NCBI GenBank assembly: GCA_951406725.2
Contig: OX597839.1
Coordinates: 40,672,001-40,736,000 of the forward strand
Length of the DNA stretch: 64,000 nt
Direction: 5' to 3'
Source of the DNA: Octopus vulgaris
Lineage: Eukaryota
Positions within the stretch are counted from its first letter, which is position 1. Every line of letters begins with the position of its first letter. Of the stretch, positions 14,483 through 30,254 are shown one piece after another. A model generated the notes under the pieces. It was not told the origin of the DNA. It made no database searches and worked only from the letters and a program-made list of their open reading frames with translations. The position numbers and the translations under genes were made by a program.

Positions 14483-14674
14483 GGAGGTGAATGTGGACGT
14501 ATATTATATGTTTATATGCTTTTCTCTTCTTAATAATCATGTTTTGATTTTAATTAATATGTACATTGATTATTAAGTTGTGTATATATATGCATATGTA
14601 CGTATATATATATGCATATATAGGAGACAAAGCACTTTTCTCTCTATCTCCCTCCTTCTCTCTCTCTCTCTCTA

Positions 14675-14716
<42 letters not shown>

Positions 14717-15056
14717 AATATATATGGTGTATGTTTGTATATATGTATTATACACGCATATGCGTTGCATGCAAATGTATATTAGAATATTTTTCCTAGG
14801 TTAAGTGCGCTTATACATCAAAATTCAATCTCTCCCTCTCTCAATCTCTCCCCCACATCCACATACAAGCGTATACTCCCCTACACACACTCACGTACAA
14901 ACGCTCGCGCGCGTACACGCAACTGCGGGTTTAAAGAGATGTGAAGTAAATATATTCACGTAAAGTATGATTAAACTACACATGCATACGTATCGCTTAC
15001 ACATACTTGTCTATATATGAATATGCATGTGTGTATGTGTATACATTAGATAAACA

Positions 15057-15286
15057 GCGGTGAGCTGGCAGAAACGTTAGCACGCCGGGCGAAATGCATA
15101 GCCGTATTTCGTCTGCCGTTACATTCTGAGTTCAAATTCCGCCGTGATCGACTTTGCCTTTCATTCTTTCGGGGTCGATAAATAAAGTACCAGTTTTGCA
15201 CTTGGGCCAATGTAATCGATTTAATCCCTTTGTCTGTCCTTGTTTGTCCCCTCTGTGTTTAGCCTGTTGTGGGCAATAAAGAAATA
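15057..15286 (+). mobile_element. SINE family B (tRNA-like head, conserved central domain)
   Basis: GAGCTGGCAGAAACGTTAGC...GAGTTCAAATTCC...GCCTTTCATTCTTTCGGGGTCGATAAA...GTACCAG; the central block resembles Meta/MESC-type domains (from memory). Confidence 0.85.
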
Positions 15287-15332
15287 CATATATATATTCA
15301 CCCATTTACACATGTGTGTGTGTGAATGTGTG

Positions 15333-15460
15333 TATGAGGGTGTTCTAAAAGGTTCCTGGCTTTCGGTAAAAGAAAATACAAGAGGTTCTATTAATTAAGA
15401 TTTTATCCAGCATATTCCCGTCTCAGGTTCACACACTGATTGCAACAGTCCTTCAGTTAT
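15333..15460 (+). mobile_element. Mariner-like left-end fragment
   Basis: TATGAGGGTGTTCTAAAAGGTTCCTGGC resembles TACGAGGG-type mariner TIRs; no partner end seen. Confidence 0.4.
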
Positions 15461-15472
15461 TCTTCTTCTCTT

Positions 15473-15960
15473 CGCCCTTTTAAAGCCTAGCCAGGCTCAT
15501 GGGCCCGGTTTCCCCCGTTTCTATGGCGTATGTGTTCTCCAGCTGAACGGGACGCCAGTCCATCGTAGCGTTACTCATTTTTGCCAGCTGAGTGGATTGG
15601 AGCAACGTGAAATGAAGTGTTTTGCTCAAGAACACAACGCGTCGCCCGGTCAGGGAATCGAAACCACAATCTTACGATCTGACACCATAACCACTAAACC
15701 ACGCACCTCCACTGCGCCCTTTTAAAGCCTAGCCAGGCTCATGGGCCCAGTTTTCTGGTTTCAATGGTGTACGTGCTCCCCAGCTGGACGGGACGCCAGT
15801 CCATCGCAGCGTTACTCATTTTTGCCTGCTGAGTTGACTGGAGCAACTTGAAATGAACTGTTTTCCTCAAGAACACAACGCGTCGCCCGGTCCAGGAATC
15901 GAAACCACAATCTTACGATCATGGTGCTGATACCCTAACCACTAAGCCACACGCCTCCAC
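15473..15960 (-). mobile_element. Tandem dimer of SINE family D (CORE-like; diverged copies 28720-28978, 42745-42874)
   Basis: Two about 243-bp units (15473-15712, 15715-15960), each with A box TGGYTTAGTGG and B box GTTTCGATTCC. Confidence 0.85.
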
Positions 15961-15973
15961 TGTGGTAACTACC

Positions 15974-16203
15974 TATTTCTTTATTACCCACAAGGGGCTA
16001 ATTATAGAGGGGACAAACAAGGACAGACATAGGTATTAAGTCGATTATATCGACCCCAGTGCGTAACTGGTACTTAATTAATCGACCCCGAAAAGATGAA
16101 AGGCAAAGTTGACCTCGGCGGAATTTGAACTCAGAACGTAACGACAGACGAAATACGGCTACGCATTTCGCCCGGGGTGCTAACGTTTCTGCCAGCTCGC
16201 CGC
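15974..16203 (-). mobile_element. SINE family B
   Basis: Reverse complement of 15057-15286. Confidence 0.85.
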
Positions 16204-17023
16204 AGAATAATTTGTCCTAATAGAACAACCATGTTTAACTGAGCATAAATAATAATCTATATGCTATCTAAAGCGGCAGACTGTCTAGTCTGAAGGTGTT
16301 TCATCACTTATTACTAGCATACCGATCGGCTTGTTTCGTAAATACTTGAGGATGTCATCGAGTGCGTTATATGAGCAACAGTAGCGCCGTCGTTCAACAG
16401 ATTTCAGATTCAAATAAAACGCTTTTGTCGTTTCTCTAAAGCGTCTGGTTAACCGTATAAGTAATTGGATGTCGACCGAATACTGTGCCATAGGGTAATT
16501 TGTGTAAAAACACCATTCAACCTTAGTCGACCGTATCTTCTTATCTCCTTACATTAGAAACTCCCGCCTCGCCTTAGGAAAAGGGGGCGAAAATGAATGA
16601 TGACTCGCGATGTGGAACGACTTCGGCTGTTTATTGAACTCGCGTAGCAGAACTGACTCGACAGGAGGCTGTCTGTCACTAATTTGACTGCAGTTAATAA
16701 ACGATCATTATTTGTAGTCATCATCATCGTCAGCGTCATCATCATCGTTGTCGTCGTCATCGTTGTCGCCGTCGTCGTCCTTACAAGTAACAGCTGCAGT
16801 ACTAACAATATGATTAATGCACGTTATAACCGCATAATCTTCATCATCATCGTTGTCGTGGTCATCTTCGTCAACATTGTCATCGTCATCACCATCAGCA
16901 GCTATATTATCATTTTCATACTACTACTACTACTACTACTACTTCCACCACCACCACACTACTACTATTATTACTACTACTACTACCATCAAAAGGCTAC
17001 TACAACTACCATCACGAGGCTAT

Positions 17024-17056
<33 letters not shown>

Positions 17057-17277
17057 CACCACCACCACCAGCACTACCACCACCACCAACAACAACACAC
17101 TAATACTATTACTACTACTGCCATGACCATCACACTGCTATTGCTAATACTACTACTACTGCTATTACCACCACTACGCTACTACTACTTCCACCACCAC
17201 CACACTACTACTATTATTACTACTACAACTACCATCACCAGGCTATTACTACTACTACTACTACTACTACTACTCAA

Positions 17278-17486
17278 GCGACGTACTGGCAGAAATCGTT
17301 AGCACGCCGGGCAAAATGCTTTGTTGCATTTCGACGGTCTTCTCAGTTCAAATTCTACCAGGATCGACTTCACCCTTCAATCCTTCGGGATCGATAAAAT
17401 AAGTACCAGCTGAGCACTGAGGTTGATATAATCGATTTACCCCCTCCCCTGGAAGCTGCTGCTAGCCTTCTGCCAAAATTCGAAAC

Positions 17487-17490
<4 letters not shown>
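17278..17490 (+). mobile_element. SINE family B variant (others at 8205-8362, 32489-32699 minus, 51359-51570, 55834-56027)
   Basis: Shared head and TCGATAAAATAAGTACCAG domain; several copies end in (ATT)n. Confidence 0.75.
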
Positions 17491-17558
<68 letters not shown>

Positions 17559-17796
17559 GGTATTGCTGATGCGGTCACAATTTTCACATTCTTCTCTTTC
17601 TCCACCTCCTCCTCCTCCTCCTTCTTCTTCATCATCTTCTTCTTCATTTTCTTCTTCTTCTTCTTCTTCTTCTTCTTCTTCTTCTTCTTCTTCTTCTTCT
17701 TCTTCTCCTTCTCCACCTCCTCTTCATCCTCCTTCTTCTTCTTCAACATCTTCATTTTGTTCTTCTTCTTCTTCTTCTTCTTCCTCCTCTTCTTCC

Positions 17797-17834
<38 letters not shown>

Positions 17835-18520
17835 TTCTTCTTCTCCTTCTTCTTCTTCTTCTTCGTTGTCCACGGTCGATAGCACAAGAAAATGTTTGGC
17901 GTGTCTCGCTCGGAGCATACATGCGTGTGAATTATGAACGACTCTCAATCCACTGAAGTGGATAATGGAATTACAAAAATTAGCATAAAAGATTCGTTCT
18001 TTTAAACAAAAAATCTCGATGACGATGACGGTGATGATGACGACGACGATGAGGATAATGATGATGACAACGATAACAAAATCAATATAAAATTCTGTAC
18101 CTTGAAACAAAATCTTGATGTTGGTAATGATGATGTTGAGGATGATGATGATGATGATGAGGAGGAGGAGGAAGAGGAGGAGGAGAAGGATGATGATCAC
18201 GAAAATAATAATGATAATAATAATAATAATAATAGTAATAATAATGAGAAGAAGAAGAAGAAGAAGAAGAAGAAAAAGAAGAAGAAGAAAAAGAAGAAGA
18301 AGAAAAGAAGAAGAAGAAGAAGAAGAAGAAGATGAAAAAGAAGAAGAAGAAGATGAAAAAGAAGAAGAAGAAGAAGAAGAAGAAGATGAAGAAGAAGAAG
18401 AAGAAGAAGATGAAAAAGAAGAAGAAGATGAAGAAGAAGAAGAGGAAGGACAAGAAGATGAAAAAGAAGAAGAAGAAGAAGAAGAAGAAGAAGAAGAAGA
18501 AGAAGAAGAAGAAGAAGAAT
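17488..18520. repeat. (ATT)n, (TCT)n, (GAT)n and (GAA)n arrays
   Basis: Direct reading. Confidence 0.95.
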
Positions 18521-19026
18521 TGACAATAACGTTGAATCCTCTGTATTTCTGTGTGCGTGTATACTTTCGTTGCCGCTGCTGACGATGCTGCTGCTGTTAC
18601 AACAGTTGGAAACAATCTCTGCTTTTGTAGACGACGGTTTCAATGTTGCATCAGGCATCACTACTAACTTTATTGGCGTCGAGCGGAGATTTCGGCCGTC
18701 CACTAACGTCTTTTATACCAAATTGCACAGCTGAATTCGAACTTTACCTTATATCTATTGAATAATTTCTTATACTTATGGGGCAGTGTGAAATGTTTGT
18801 CTACTAATATAAGGAAGACCCATTTCATGTAGATTTTGACGTTCAGTAAAGATAGCTGGAAAAACTACAGGACCTCACATACATACATACGCAGGCACAT
18901 ACATACATACGCACAAACAAAAATACATACATATAAACATGCATACATACGCACGCACACACGTACGTACATACATACATACATACATACATACATACAT
19001 GCGTACATACATACATATATACATAC

Positions 19027-19066
<40 letters not shown>

Positions 19067-19222
19067 GAAATAAGGTTCAGTTGAATTAGATACTTAGGAT
19101 AAGACACACCAAGTCAGTCCGGTAATATCCGGCTCGAAGTAAGTTTAATAAAATGCAAATAACAAGAATATCCAGGTATTAGTGCACTACTAACACCTGG
19201 ATATCCTTATTACTTATTTGCT

Positions 19223-19291
<69 letters not shown>

Positions 19292-19345
19292 CATACATGC
19301 ATATATATATATACATACATTTGTATATTTATATATATATATATA

Positions 19346-19645
19346 TTCTTATATACCAATTGCAGCGTGGAAGGTGTTTGTAAGCCATTTAAGAAAAACA
19401 CAAAAGCCGTTCGATTCACTTCAACATTTAAGTTTAATTTGTCAAAATATTTTCGTCGCTAAAATCCGCGACCTGTTCACTGACAAAAATCCGTGCTGCA
19501 CGGATTTTTGAAGTGAATCGAACGGCTTTTGTGTGTTTCTTAAATGTCTTATAAACACCTTCCACGCTGCAATTGTTTTCGTTTCAGCACACGATCTCAG
19601 ATCAAATCACTTGCTATGCGAGTACATCTCCGTAATTTTCTTATA
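19346..19645 (-). mobile_element. Fold-back element with variant hammerhead
   Basis: Inverted arms 19357-19423 and 19509-19575, central palindrome AAAAATCCGTGC-T-GCACGGATTTTT, and TTCTTATATA at both ends. Confidence 0.7.
19438..19487 (-). ncRNA. Type I hammerhead-like motif with swapped G3-C8 pair
   Basis: Minus strand TTTGTCA-GTGAACA-G-GTCGC(GGATTTTA)GCGAC-GAAA-ATAT-TT-TGACAAA: 7-bp stem I, 5-bp stem II, palindrome AAAATATTTT. Confidence 0.65.
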
Positions 19646-19835
19646 TATTTTTTATCTAAAAGATTTTACTATTTAAGCAACCAGTAAAGCCTATACTTTT
19701 CAGTTTCAAAACGGCTACTTGAAGCTAGAAACTCATGAGAGAGTAACTCACTGTGAACATTATTATTAAGATTAAAATAAGAATTCATCACCTCAAAAAA
19801 GCCATCTCTACTCATTTTTTTTCAAATATTTATAG

Positions 19836-20321
<486 letters not shown>

Positions 20322-20675
20322 GTACCAATAACTTTCTTATTATTATTCTACTGCATATCTGCATAGATACTTAAGTGCGTGTGTTTTAGCCGTCGTTGTG
20401 AATGTAATGGAATACATTGTTTGGATATGAACGAATGCTTTCATACGGTGTTTGTGGGCGGGAAAGGGGAGACAACAAGGGAAAGAGTTTAGTTTGCATT
20501 TGTTTTAGTGTACTGGATTACAGAGACAACAGCGAGGTTAAGGTTTTCTCTTTTACATTTGATATACTTTAGAGTGCATTTGTTTATGAAGATATCAGTA
20601 TATATGAACATGGGAAGCTAGATGGGTAGCTAACGAGACAGGCTGAGAGACAGACGGACAGTGGTACAGACAGAC

Positions 20676-20753
<78 letters not shown>

Positions 20754-21196
20754 GTTTCTTTATTGGCCACACAGGGCTGCACACAGATGGGACAAGTTAC
20801 AAGGTAGAGCTTTTCTTTTGGGGGATGAAAAAAACAAAAAACAAAAGAAACAAAAAAAAGGGGGTGGCGTAGGTTTTCGATCAAGAGGGATCGTAAAAGG
20901 GAAGAAAAGAACAAAAAAAAATAAATAAGATAGATAGATAAATAGATAGATAAATAGATAGACAGACATACTGAGAGACTGACAGCATCGCTGGATGTGT
21001 GAGTATGACAGATATGTTTATGAATATACAATTAGCTGTCTGACTTCTCCAATACACACATTAAGATTGAAAAGTATGCATACACATAATCACAATAATC
21101 ACATATACACACACATAAATATACATATATTCATATAGTAATATATACATATACATTCATGCATATATGCACATATGTACATATATAAATATATAC

Positions 21197-21230
<34 letters not shown>

Positions 21231-21449
21231 GCACATAGGCATACATATATATGCATATATATATATATGCATATATGTGTATATATATATGTGTGTGTGT
21301 TTGTGTGTATATATATACATATATATATATGCATATACTTGTATGTGTATATATATATATATATATATGCATATAGGCATACATATGTATGTATATATAT
21401 GCATATATGTGTGTGTGTGTATATATATATGTGTATATATATGTATGTA

Positions 21450-21545
<96 letters not shown>

Positions 21546-21859
21546 TGTGTGTGTGACCAGTAGACTCTATCGGTGTAACGGCAAAGCAGTTAATTGTGCT
21601 ATTTCAAGTGTAATTAACGCGGAACATCTTCTCTGCTAAATAAAGACCATTAATTTGTCTATTCTTTGGTTTAATTACAACTGACATGCTTAATTATTCG
21701 CAGAGTTTTTTTTATCGTTTTTCTGTCATTAGCATATATTATCTTAGTTATATTTAGATAAACATATATTCGGATACCCCACAACACGAACGTACACGTA
21801 CATGCATACATACACGCATATGTACACACACACATACATATGTACACATACACACACAT

Positions 21860-21905
<46 letters not shown>

Positions 21906-22005
21906 GCATATGTAGACACACACATATGTGCGTGTACGTATGTATGTGTATGTGTACATATGCGTGTGTGTATGTGTGCATGTAGATAGACAGATAGATA
22001 GATAG

Positions 22006-22038
<33 letters not shown>

Positions 22039-22131
22039 GATAGATAGATAGATATGAGAGGATAGATAGATAGATAGATAGATAGGTAGATAGATAGATA
22101 GATATATAGATAGATAGGATAGATAGATAGG

Positions 22132-22243
<112 letters not shown>

Positions 22244-23821
22244 CATATATACATATACATATATATGCGCATATAGACATGTACAGATAAGTTTCTGCGT
22301 ACACGCACAGACACACACAAACACATGTGTATATATATGAATATATACATATATATATATACATATATAATAACATTCCATGTTTAGTCATACGCATATG
22401 TGTGTTTGTGTGTGTGTATTTTTGCCTGTCTATCTATGTATGCATTTATATGTAGCTGTGTGTGTGTGTATGTTAGTGCATGTCTTGTATTGTTCCCACA
22501 ACCGCTTGCCAACCGGTGTTGTTTTGTTTTCGACCCGTAGTCTACTGATATTAAAAATGAGTGTGATTGAATAGGTAGCAAAAATAGCAACACCAAAAAG
22601 AAGTCCTAGGGCCGATTTGTCGACGGTCCAGTGATGACGGTCCAGTGAAATGAAACTAGTAAACGATAAAAGACAAAGAAAAATGAACATAATTTTTTTA
22701 TATATTTTATTTTATTTAGTTTCAGCTCACAAGCTGTGGCCATGCTGGGGCACCGCCATTTGGTGTTGCTACATGATTTTACTTCACGAATGCTTTTTAG
22801 CAAATGCCATCTGGTGCATGAGAGAGTTCGATGCAGCTGCCCTCATCTGCACCTCCTGCCGTGATATTAGATAAAAAAAATAATATATTCTTTATATCAC
22901 TGCTCCACAACCTTTTTTTTTTATTGCAGTACACTTACAAGAATCGTCTCTTGGCACAACAGTGTGCCGCAACATACCGGTTCACTAATCTATATCTACG
23001 TAGGTATTTTAACGTCTGATAATTATACCGTCTAACTTCTATGGTACGAATCCTAAAGTTATCACACAATGAAACAAAGAAGGATTCTTGTAGAAAAAGT
23101 CAATACTTTAATTTTATAATAAAGTACAAAAATTAATACTGTTGCTACTGCTGCTGCTGCTGCTGCTACTACTGCCGTTGTTACTTCTGCTGGTTGTTTT
23201 TATTATGGTTGTTTTTAATATCGTGGTCATCACTGTCGCCATATATAATCAAGTGTATTTAAATTGCAAAAAGTCACGGGATTTAATATATCAGGTATTG
23301 CATTGTCTATTTTTGTTTTTCTTCCTTTATATTTAAACTACTTTCAGCTGACCAAAAAGACTCTCTGGTTTCAGTTGCACAATATCTCCTGGATTCAGGC
23401 GAAATCGATAGGGCTCTGAGCAGATAGCACCGTTCTTTTAGCAAAATTTAATGCAGATTCTCTACTCAACTTTCTCTCTCATGCTTAATGCGACGACCAC
23501 ACGCTACATACATTCCTTCTAGGCACTGCTGTAAACAGGAGGAGTGTGATACAACATTAATAATCAGTGCGCATGCGCAGCAGATTTCAAGATCAGTCTA
23601 TGCCAAGCGATTCACTCTGCGTGCTTTAGCTTTGTTACTATGGCAATAGTCCGGATACTTATTGATGAGACTACGTATACACAGACAGACAGACAAACAG
23701 ATGGATTGATAGATAAACAGATAGGAAGTGGCGTCATTTGAAGGCTAAAACAATGCGAAGCGCATTGTGACCAGCGATGTGTAACAACATCTGATAACCT
23801 GGTCGGTCACGTGATCACGTG

Positions 23822-23858
<37 letters not shown>

Positions 23859-24228
23859 CTAGCAGTATCGCCCGGCGTTGCTCGGCGTTGTAAGGGAAAT
23901 AACTATATAAACATTTTTAGAGAGTTATATCCAAAATATTAAAAATTGAAAAAAAATTAAGGTAAATTTTTTTTTAAATCGTTGACACATCGTAGATATT
24001 CTTAGAGAGTTACTTCCCTTATATAAAAGCGAAAAAAATGCATTAAAATGGAAAAATATGATGGTAAATCGTAGACTCATCGTAGACGCGCGCTAATACC
24101 CAGAAGGGCTCGATATGAATCACGACTATAAGATACCCGCTTTTGGTTAAACTGCACCGCAAAATGTGGGAGTAGTTACGAATCTAAATCGAAGGGGACA
24201 GACACACAACTTCACTCTTATATAAAGA
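23859..24228 (-). mobile_element. Non-autonomous Helitron
   Basis: Minus strand starts A|TCTTTATATAAGAG and ends with hairpin-like CCGAGCAACGCCGGGC then CTAG|T; no target-site duplication. Confidence 0.8.
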
Positions 24229-24229
24229 T

Positions 24230-25009
24230 GGTTTTTTTTTTCAGTCATAGAGTTAGATTTATGAAGGTCTTCAGTAGAAAATCCTTCGAATTCTGACTCG
24301 CTGCTTGATATAATGAAATTCGTATCCATTTTTTGTCAGAATTACAAATTTTGAAAATACAATAGGAACAAATTTCGGAAAAAAATCTCCCATAATTCAC
24401 GGAATTAAAATTACACTTCGATTTTTGTACAAAACTGTATTTGAAGTGTTTACGAAGTATAATACGTGTTTTCACGAATGTACTAAAGAGATTTACTCTG
24501 ATATTCTCATTTAAATATGAATAGGTAAATTCGGGCGGTTTGGTAACGAAAGGGTTTATATAAGTGTCGTCTGTTTATACATAAACACTGTTTCATACTT
24601 TCAGTTTAGTCTTCCTCAAATCACTCTGTCGCTAATTTACTCTCTTCCAAGAACATTTTCACTCACTCTTATCTGTTAGCTTCCCATACATTTTACTCAT
24701 GTATCTATCAGCGTGATAGACAGAAACAAATATTACATCTAGTTTCACTTTATTCGTTACACACTGTGTGTGTGCGTTTGCGTGTGCTGTAAACCAGACT
24801 AAGAAAAGCATTTGACATACACACCAGAATGTGAGTTTTCTGTAAATTTTGCTTAATTGGAGTTTAAATTTTAAAAACTGGACCTGGCATGACGCGATGC
24901 ATTGTACTCTTAAAAATGCTAGGTAAATTGTAATTGAAGAAATCCTATATTGTAGATTTCTATAACTCCCAAAGGGAGGCATATAAAATCTGCCTTTTAT
25001 AATAAGAGA
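24230..25009 (-). mobile_element. Second Helitron-like 5' portion
   Basis: Minus strand starts A|TCTCTTATTATAAAAGG; no 3' CTAG end of its own seen before the first Helitron. Confidence 0.5.
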
Positions 25010-25326
25010 TATATATATATATGTATATATACAAATTATATACGTTTTTATTATTATTTTTATTATTACTTTTTTGCAATTTACTTAATCATTTACATTT
25101 TATTGTTATTTTAATTTTAATATTTCTATTATATGTAATTTTCGAGATGGTGTAATTTAATTGTTCATTTTGAATTGATATAAGGTGGGTTTTTTTCAAA
25201 TTTTTTATATATATATTATATTGTGTGAAATTTGATTTAGTATTTCTAGATTGATGTTTATTTTCCTCGTAAGTTTTGGATTTTATTCCCTTAAATAATA
25301 ATTAATATATATATATATATATATAT

Positions 25327-26191
<865 letters not shown>

Positions 26192-26445
26192 CATACACAT
26201 ATATATAAATATATATATACATATATATATGTGTGTGTGTGTGTGTGTGCATGTTTGTACATCCCCACCACCATCGCTTGAAAACCTATGAAACATAGCG
26301 GTTCGGCAAAAGGGACCGATAGAATAAGTACTAGGCTTACAAAGAAGAAGTCCTTGGGTGGATTTGCTCGACTAAAGGCGGCGCTCCAGAATGGCCACAA
26401 TCAAATGACTGAAGCAAGTAAAAGAGTAAAAGAGAGTAGAGTAGA

Positions 26446-26483
<38 letters not shown>

Positions 26484-26801
26484 AGAGAGAGAGAGAGAGA
26501 GAGATAGATATGTACAAATGTATATACATACACGCCCACAGACACACAGACACACACACCTGTATCTCTTTTACCTACTGATTCTCTCTGGTAACTGTGC
26601 ATATGGCCACTTGTTTTTAAAGTTTTATCTTTTAATTGTTTCTGTCATAGGATTGCGGCCATGCTGTAGCACTGCCTTGAAATGCACCGGCCTCTTTAGC
26701 CGAAAGTGCAACGCCACGGGTTACGTAAACGTGTGCGTATATGTGTGCGCGTGCATGTGTGTGTGTGCACGCACGTGGATTAATATGTGTGGGAGTTTGT
26801 T

Positions 26802-26832
<31 letters not shown>

Positions 26833-26852
26833 CTGTGTGTCTGTGTGTGTGT

Positions 26853-26883
<31 letters not shown>

Positions 26884-27150
26884 GTTATGCTTGTATTCAT
26901 GCATGTATGAATATACATGTTCAAGTGGGAGCCAGACAGTGAACGGGAGTATGCTTGTATTTGAATGAAGAACCTCTCCGTACATGTGTGGACGTGCCAA
27001 GCTTAGGAATCTTCTCATCAAATTCGTCTCTGTTTCTGTTTCATTTGAAAGACGCGAAGCTTAATAAATACTGCAGGCATTAAAATATTTTCACCCTGTC
27101 AACGTAGAGTTAGCTACTCTATCCACCTGTCAATCTGTTTAATCTTAACG

Positions 27151-27240
<90 letters not shown>

Positions 27241-29716
27241 TACACACGCACACACACTCATACAATATATATATATACACATATATATATAGGTCTTCGC
27301 AACACTTTATCAATTTCACATTCAAACAATATTGCTATCCGTCTATCTACTATATATATATGTGTGTGTATGTGTGTGTGTGTGTGCGTATGTGTGTACA
27401 TATACATATATATATATATATATACATGTACTTACACATAGCTTGTATATTCATATGTATATCTATGTGTTGAATATATATATTATGTATGTATATGTTA
27501 TACACATACACATACATACACTCGCACACACATACTTACGCACACACATATATGCACACACAAATTCACACACAGATATAAGCATATACGTGTGAGAGTT
27601 TGTGTGTGTTGCTTAGTATGTGTAGACTTTGCACTCATAATTCACAACTTTGTCTATCAATATTTTACATTAATCTCTCATCAATCAACGTCATCTTTAA
27701 TCAAACTCCGTTATTAATTATTGAATAATCCTTTCGGAATGGCAGAATCGTGTCGATAGCTGGACAGTTCGACAATCTGTTTTTTATTACACCTTAATTA
27801 AATATTACCCTTTCAAATTTCATCGCGGTTTAATTAGATTCTAATCTTTCGCGGAGGTCGTGTTAATTTAATACCAGTCATATGCTCCGGTCAGTGAAAT
27901 CGTTTAACTCTCAAAATTCAAAAGTTCTCATTGACACAGCACGCACCATCCCACTGTACGATACTGGATTTTATGTGGTTAGAACCACGAGGTTAAACCT
28001 GAAACTACACATTATTGAGAGCGATTTGGTTTGCCCAAATTAATCTTTTGAAGGTGCAAAATTTAGCAGGGTGGCCATTTGGTTTTGTGGGCGAAATTTT
28101 TCTTTAAACATCGTGTATAATCCCTCATAACTTTTTCATTTTTTTAGAATTTTCAGAAGCGAATTCATACAATTACGCAAAAAAAAAAAAAAAAAAACAA
28201 AGAGGAAAAAAATTAAGGGCTATTTAGCTGTTATGTTTAGCACATTTAACGACCATCTCATGCCCTCCTAGTTTGTTTGTCACTCTGACGTAATGATGTT
28301 TTTCAATATCTTTCTTCCAATAAATTCACTCAATAGTCTATTACTGGGCTTTAAACCAAAAATCCAGACTGTTCATATTTTAAAATGGGATTTTTTTTTA
28401 ATTCGAAAAATTTTTAAAAAGATATTTTTTTTTTAATTTCGAAAAATTAATACAGTGTTTTTCATAGTCGTATGAATTCCCGTGTATAGGCTACAAATTC
28501 GCAAAAATGTTCTTAAAATTCAAAATAGCGATAAAGTTATGTGGAGTTGTATTTGGTGCTGAAAGCAAAATTCTGCGGTTTCTGCTCACAGCTGGAAATT
28601 ACGATTCTTCGCGAGTCGTGGAAGGCAGAAAACTATATGGCCATAAAACTTATGTCCTCAAGGATTAAAAAGAACTGTAATGTCTACTGGACATTACTGT
28701 CCGAACACCTAGTACTGAAAGGCCTGGCTACCCAGTTTCCATGGTGATTGAGTGACCGAGATTACAACCTTTTACCTGGGATGGTTGTATCCCAGGTTAA
28801 AGGTTGAATTACAACCCTTTATGGGATGCCTCACTGTCTCAGGGTTGCACAATTACGGTTGAGTGAACTGGTTCAACGTGAAAGGAAGTGTTTTGCTCGA
28901 GAACACGACTCAGTCGTGGAATCGAAACAAGGATCTTGCGATCGGAAATACAGAACTCTAACCACCAGGCCACACGCTTTCTCTTTCTAGGGACATAGTC
29001 AAGCGAAATTGTTCCCGCTAAAGTGTACCCGCGGGCTCAGTGATGAAGCTTCTACATGTCTACCAGATCTGTTAGAAGTAGCAGCAATATTTCATTCACT
29101 CAAATATCTTACCGTTGTAAAACAAGGAAGGATACTTGGCGTTATTTAATCCAAGAATTTACAAATTCTCTACTTTTCCGACTTATAAAATGACATTAGA
29201 CAACGTGGTCCTGCTCTCGTGTCCGTAGCTGAAAGACGGATTGGTCACGACTGGAATGGATTAACAAAGTATGAACGCGGGCTGTTTTGACCACGGGGCT
29301 GAACGAGAACATTAGCTCTCTATACACGTGTCGTCATCATTACTAATATTACCATCAGCACCGCCACCAAAACAACCACCACCTCCACCGCAAACAACAA
29401 CACAACCAACACCACCACAATCACCAACACTATGATCATCATCACCACCACCAGCAACACTAATACCACCACCAACACCACAAAAACCAACGCTTCCAAC
29501 GCCAACACCACCACTACTGCAAACAGCACCACCATCCCGATCACAACCAAGAGCATCGCCCCCACCATCGATAAAAATATTCTCGCCACCACCAACACCA
29601 CCACCACAACACTTCTACAGCACTTACAGAGAAATTATCACGACGCCAAATACCACTACAACAAAAGCCAATATTACAACCATTAATTACCCTAAATATG
29701 TGTATATGTGTGTGTA

Positions 29717-29764
<48 letters not shown>

Positions 29765-30132
29765 CGTGTGTGCGTGTGCGCACACACAGACAGACAACTC
29801 TTGTTCAGCCCCATGTTCAACTCTGCTCGTGTTCATGGATAGATAGATAGATATATAGATAGATAGATAGATAGATAGATAGACAAACATACATGAATAT
29901 ATTCATATATATGTGTATGTGTGTGTGCGTGTGTGCAATTATTATTATTATTATTATTATTGGACTCGCTGGTCTCTGTCGAATACTCAATCGTCATATA
30001 TATACAAATATGTATTAATTAATTTATATACATATATATATATATATATAACCGTGTATATGTCTATCCATATATTTGTGAACATATATGCGAGCATACA
30101 CACACACACACACAGGTACGTACTCGTGTATG

Positions 30133-30166
<34 letters not shown>

Positions 30167-30223
30167 TGTATGTATGTATGTATGTATGTACATATGTACG
30201 TACGTATGTATGTATGTATGTAC

Positions 30224-30254
<31 letters not shown>

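Noticed and set aside
28065-28660. Possible DNA-transposon end beginning CAGGGTGGCC
   Set aside because: No matching inverted terminus was found in the window.
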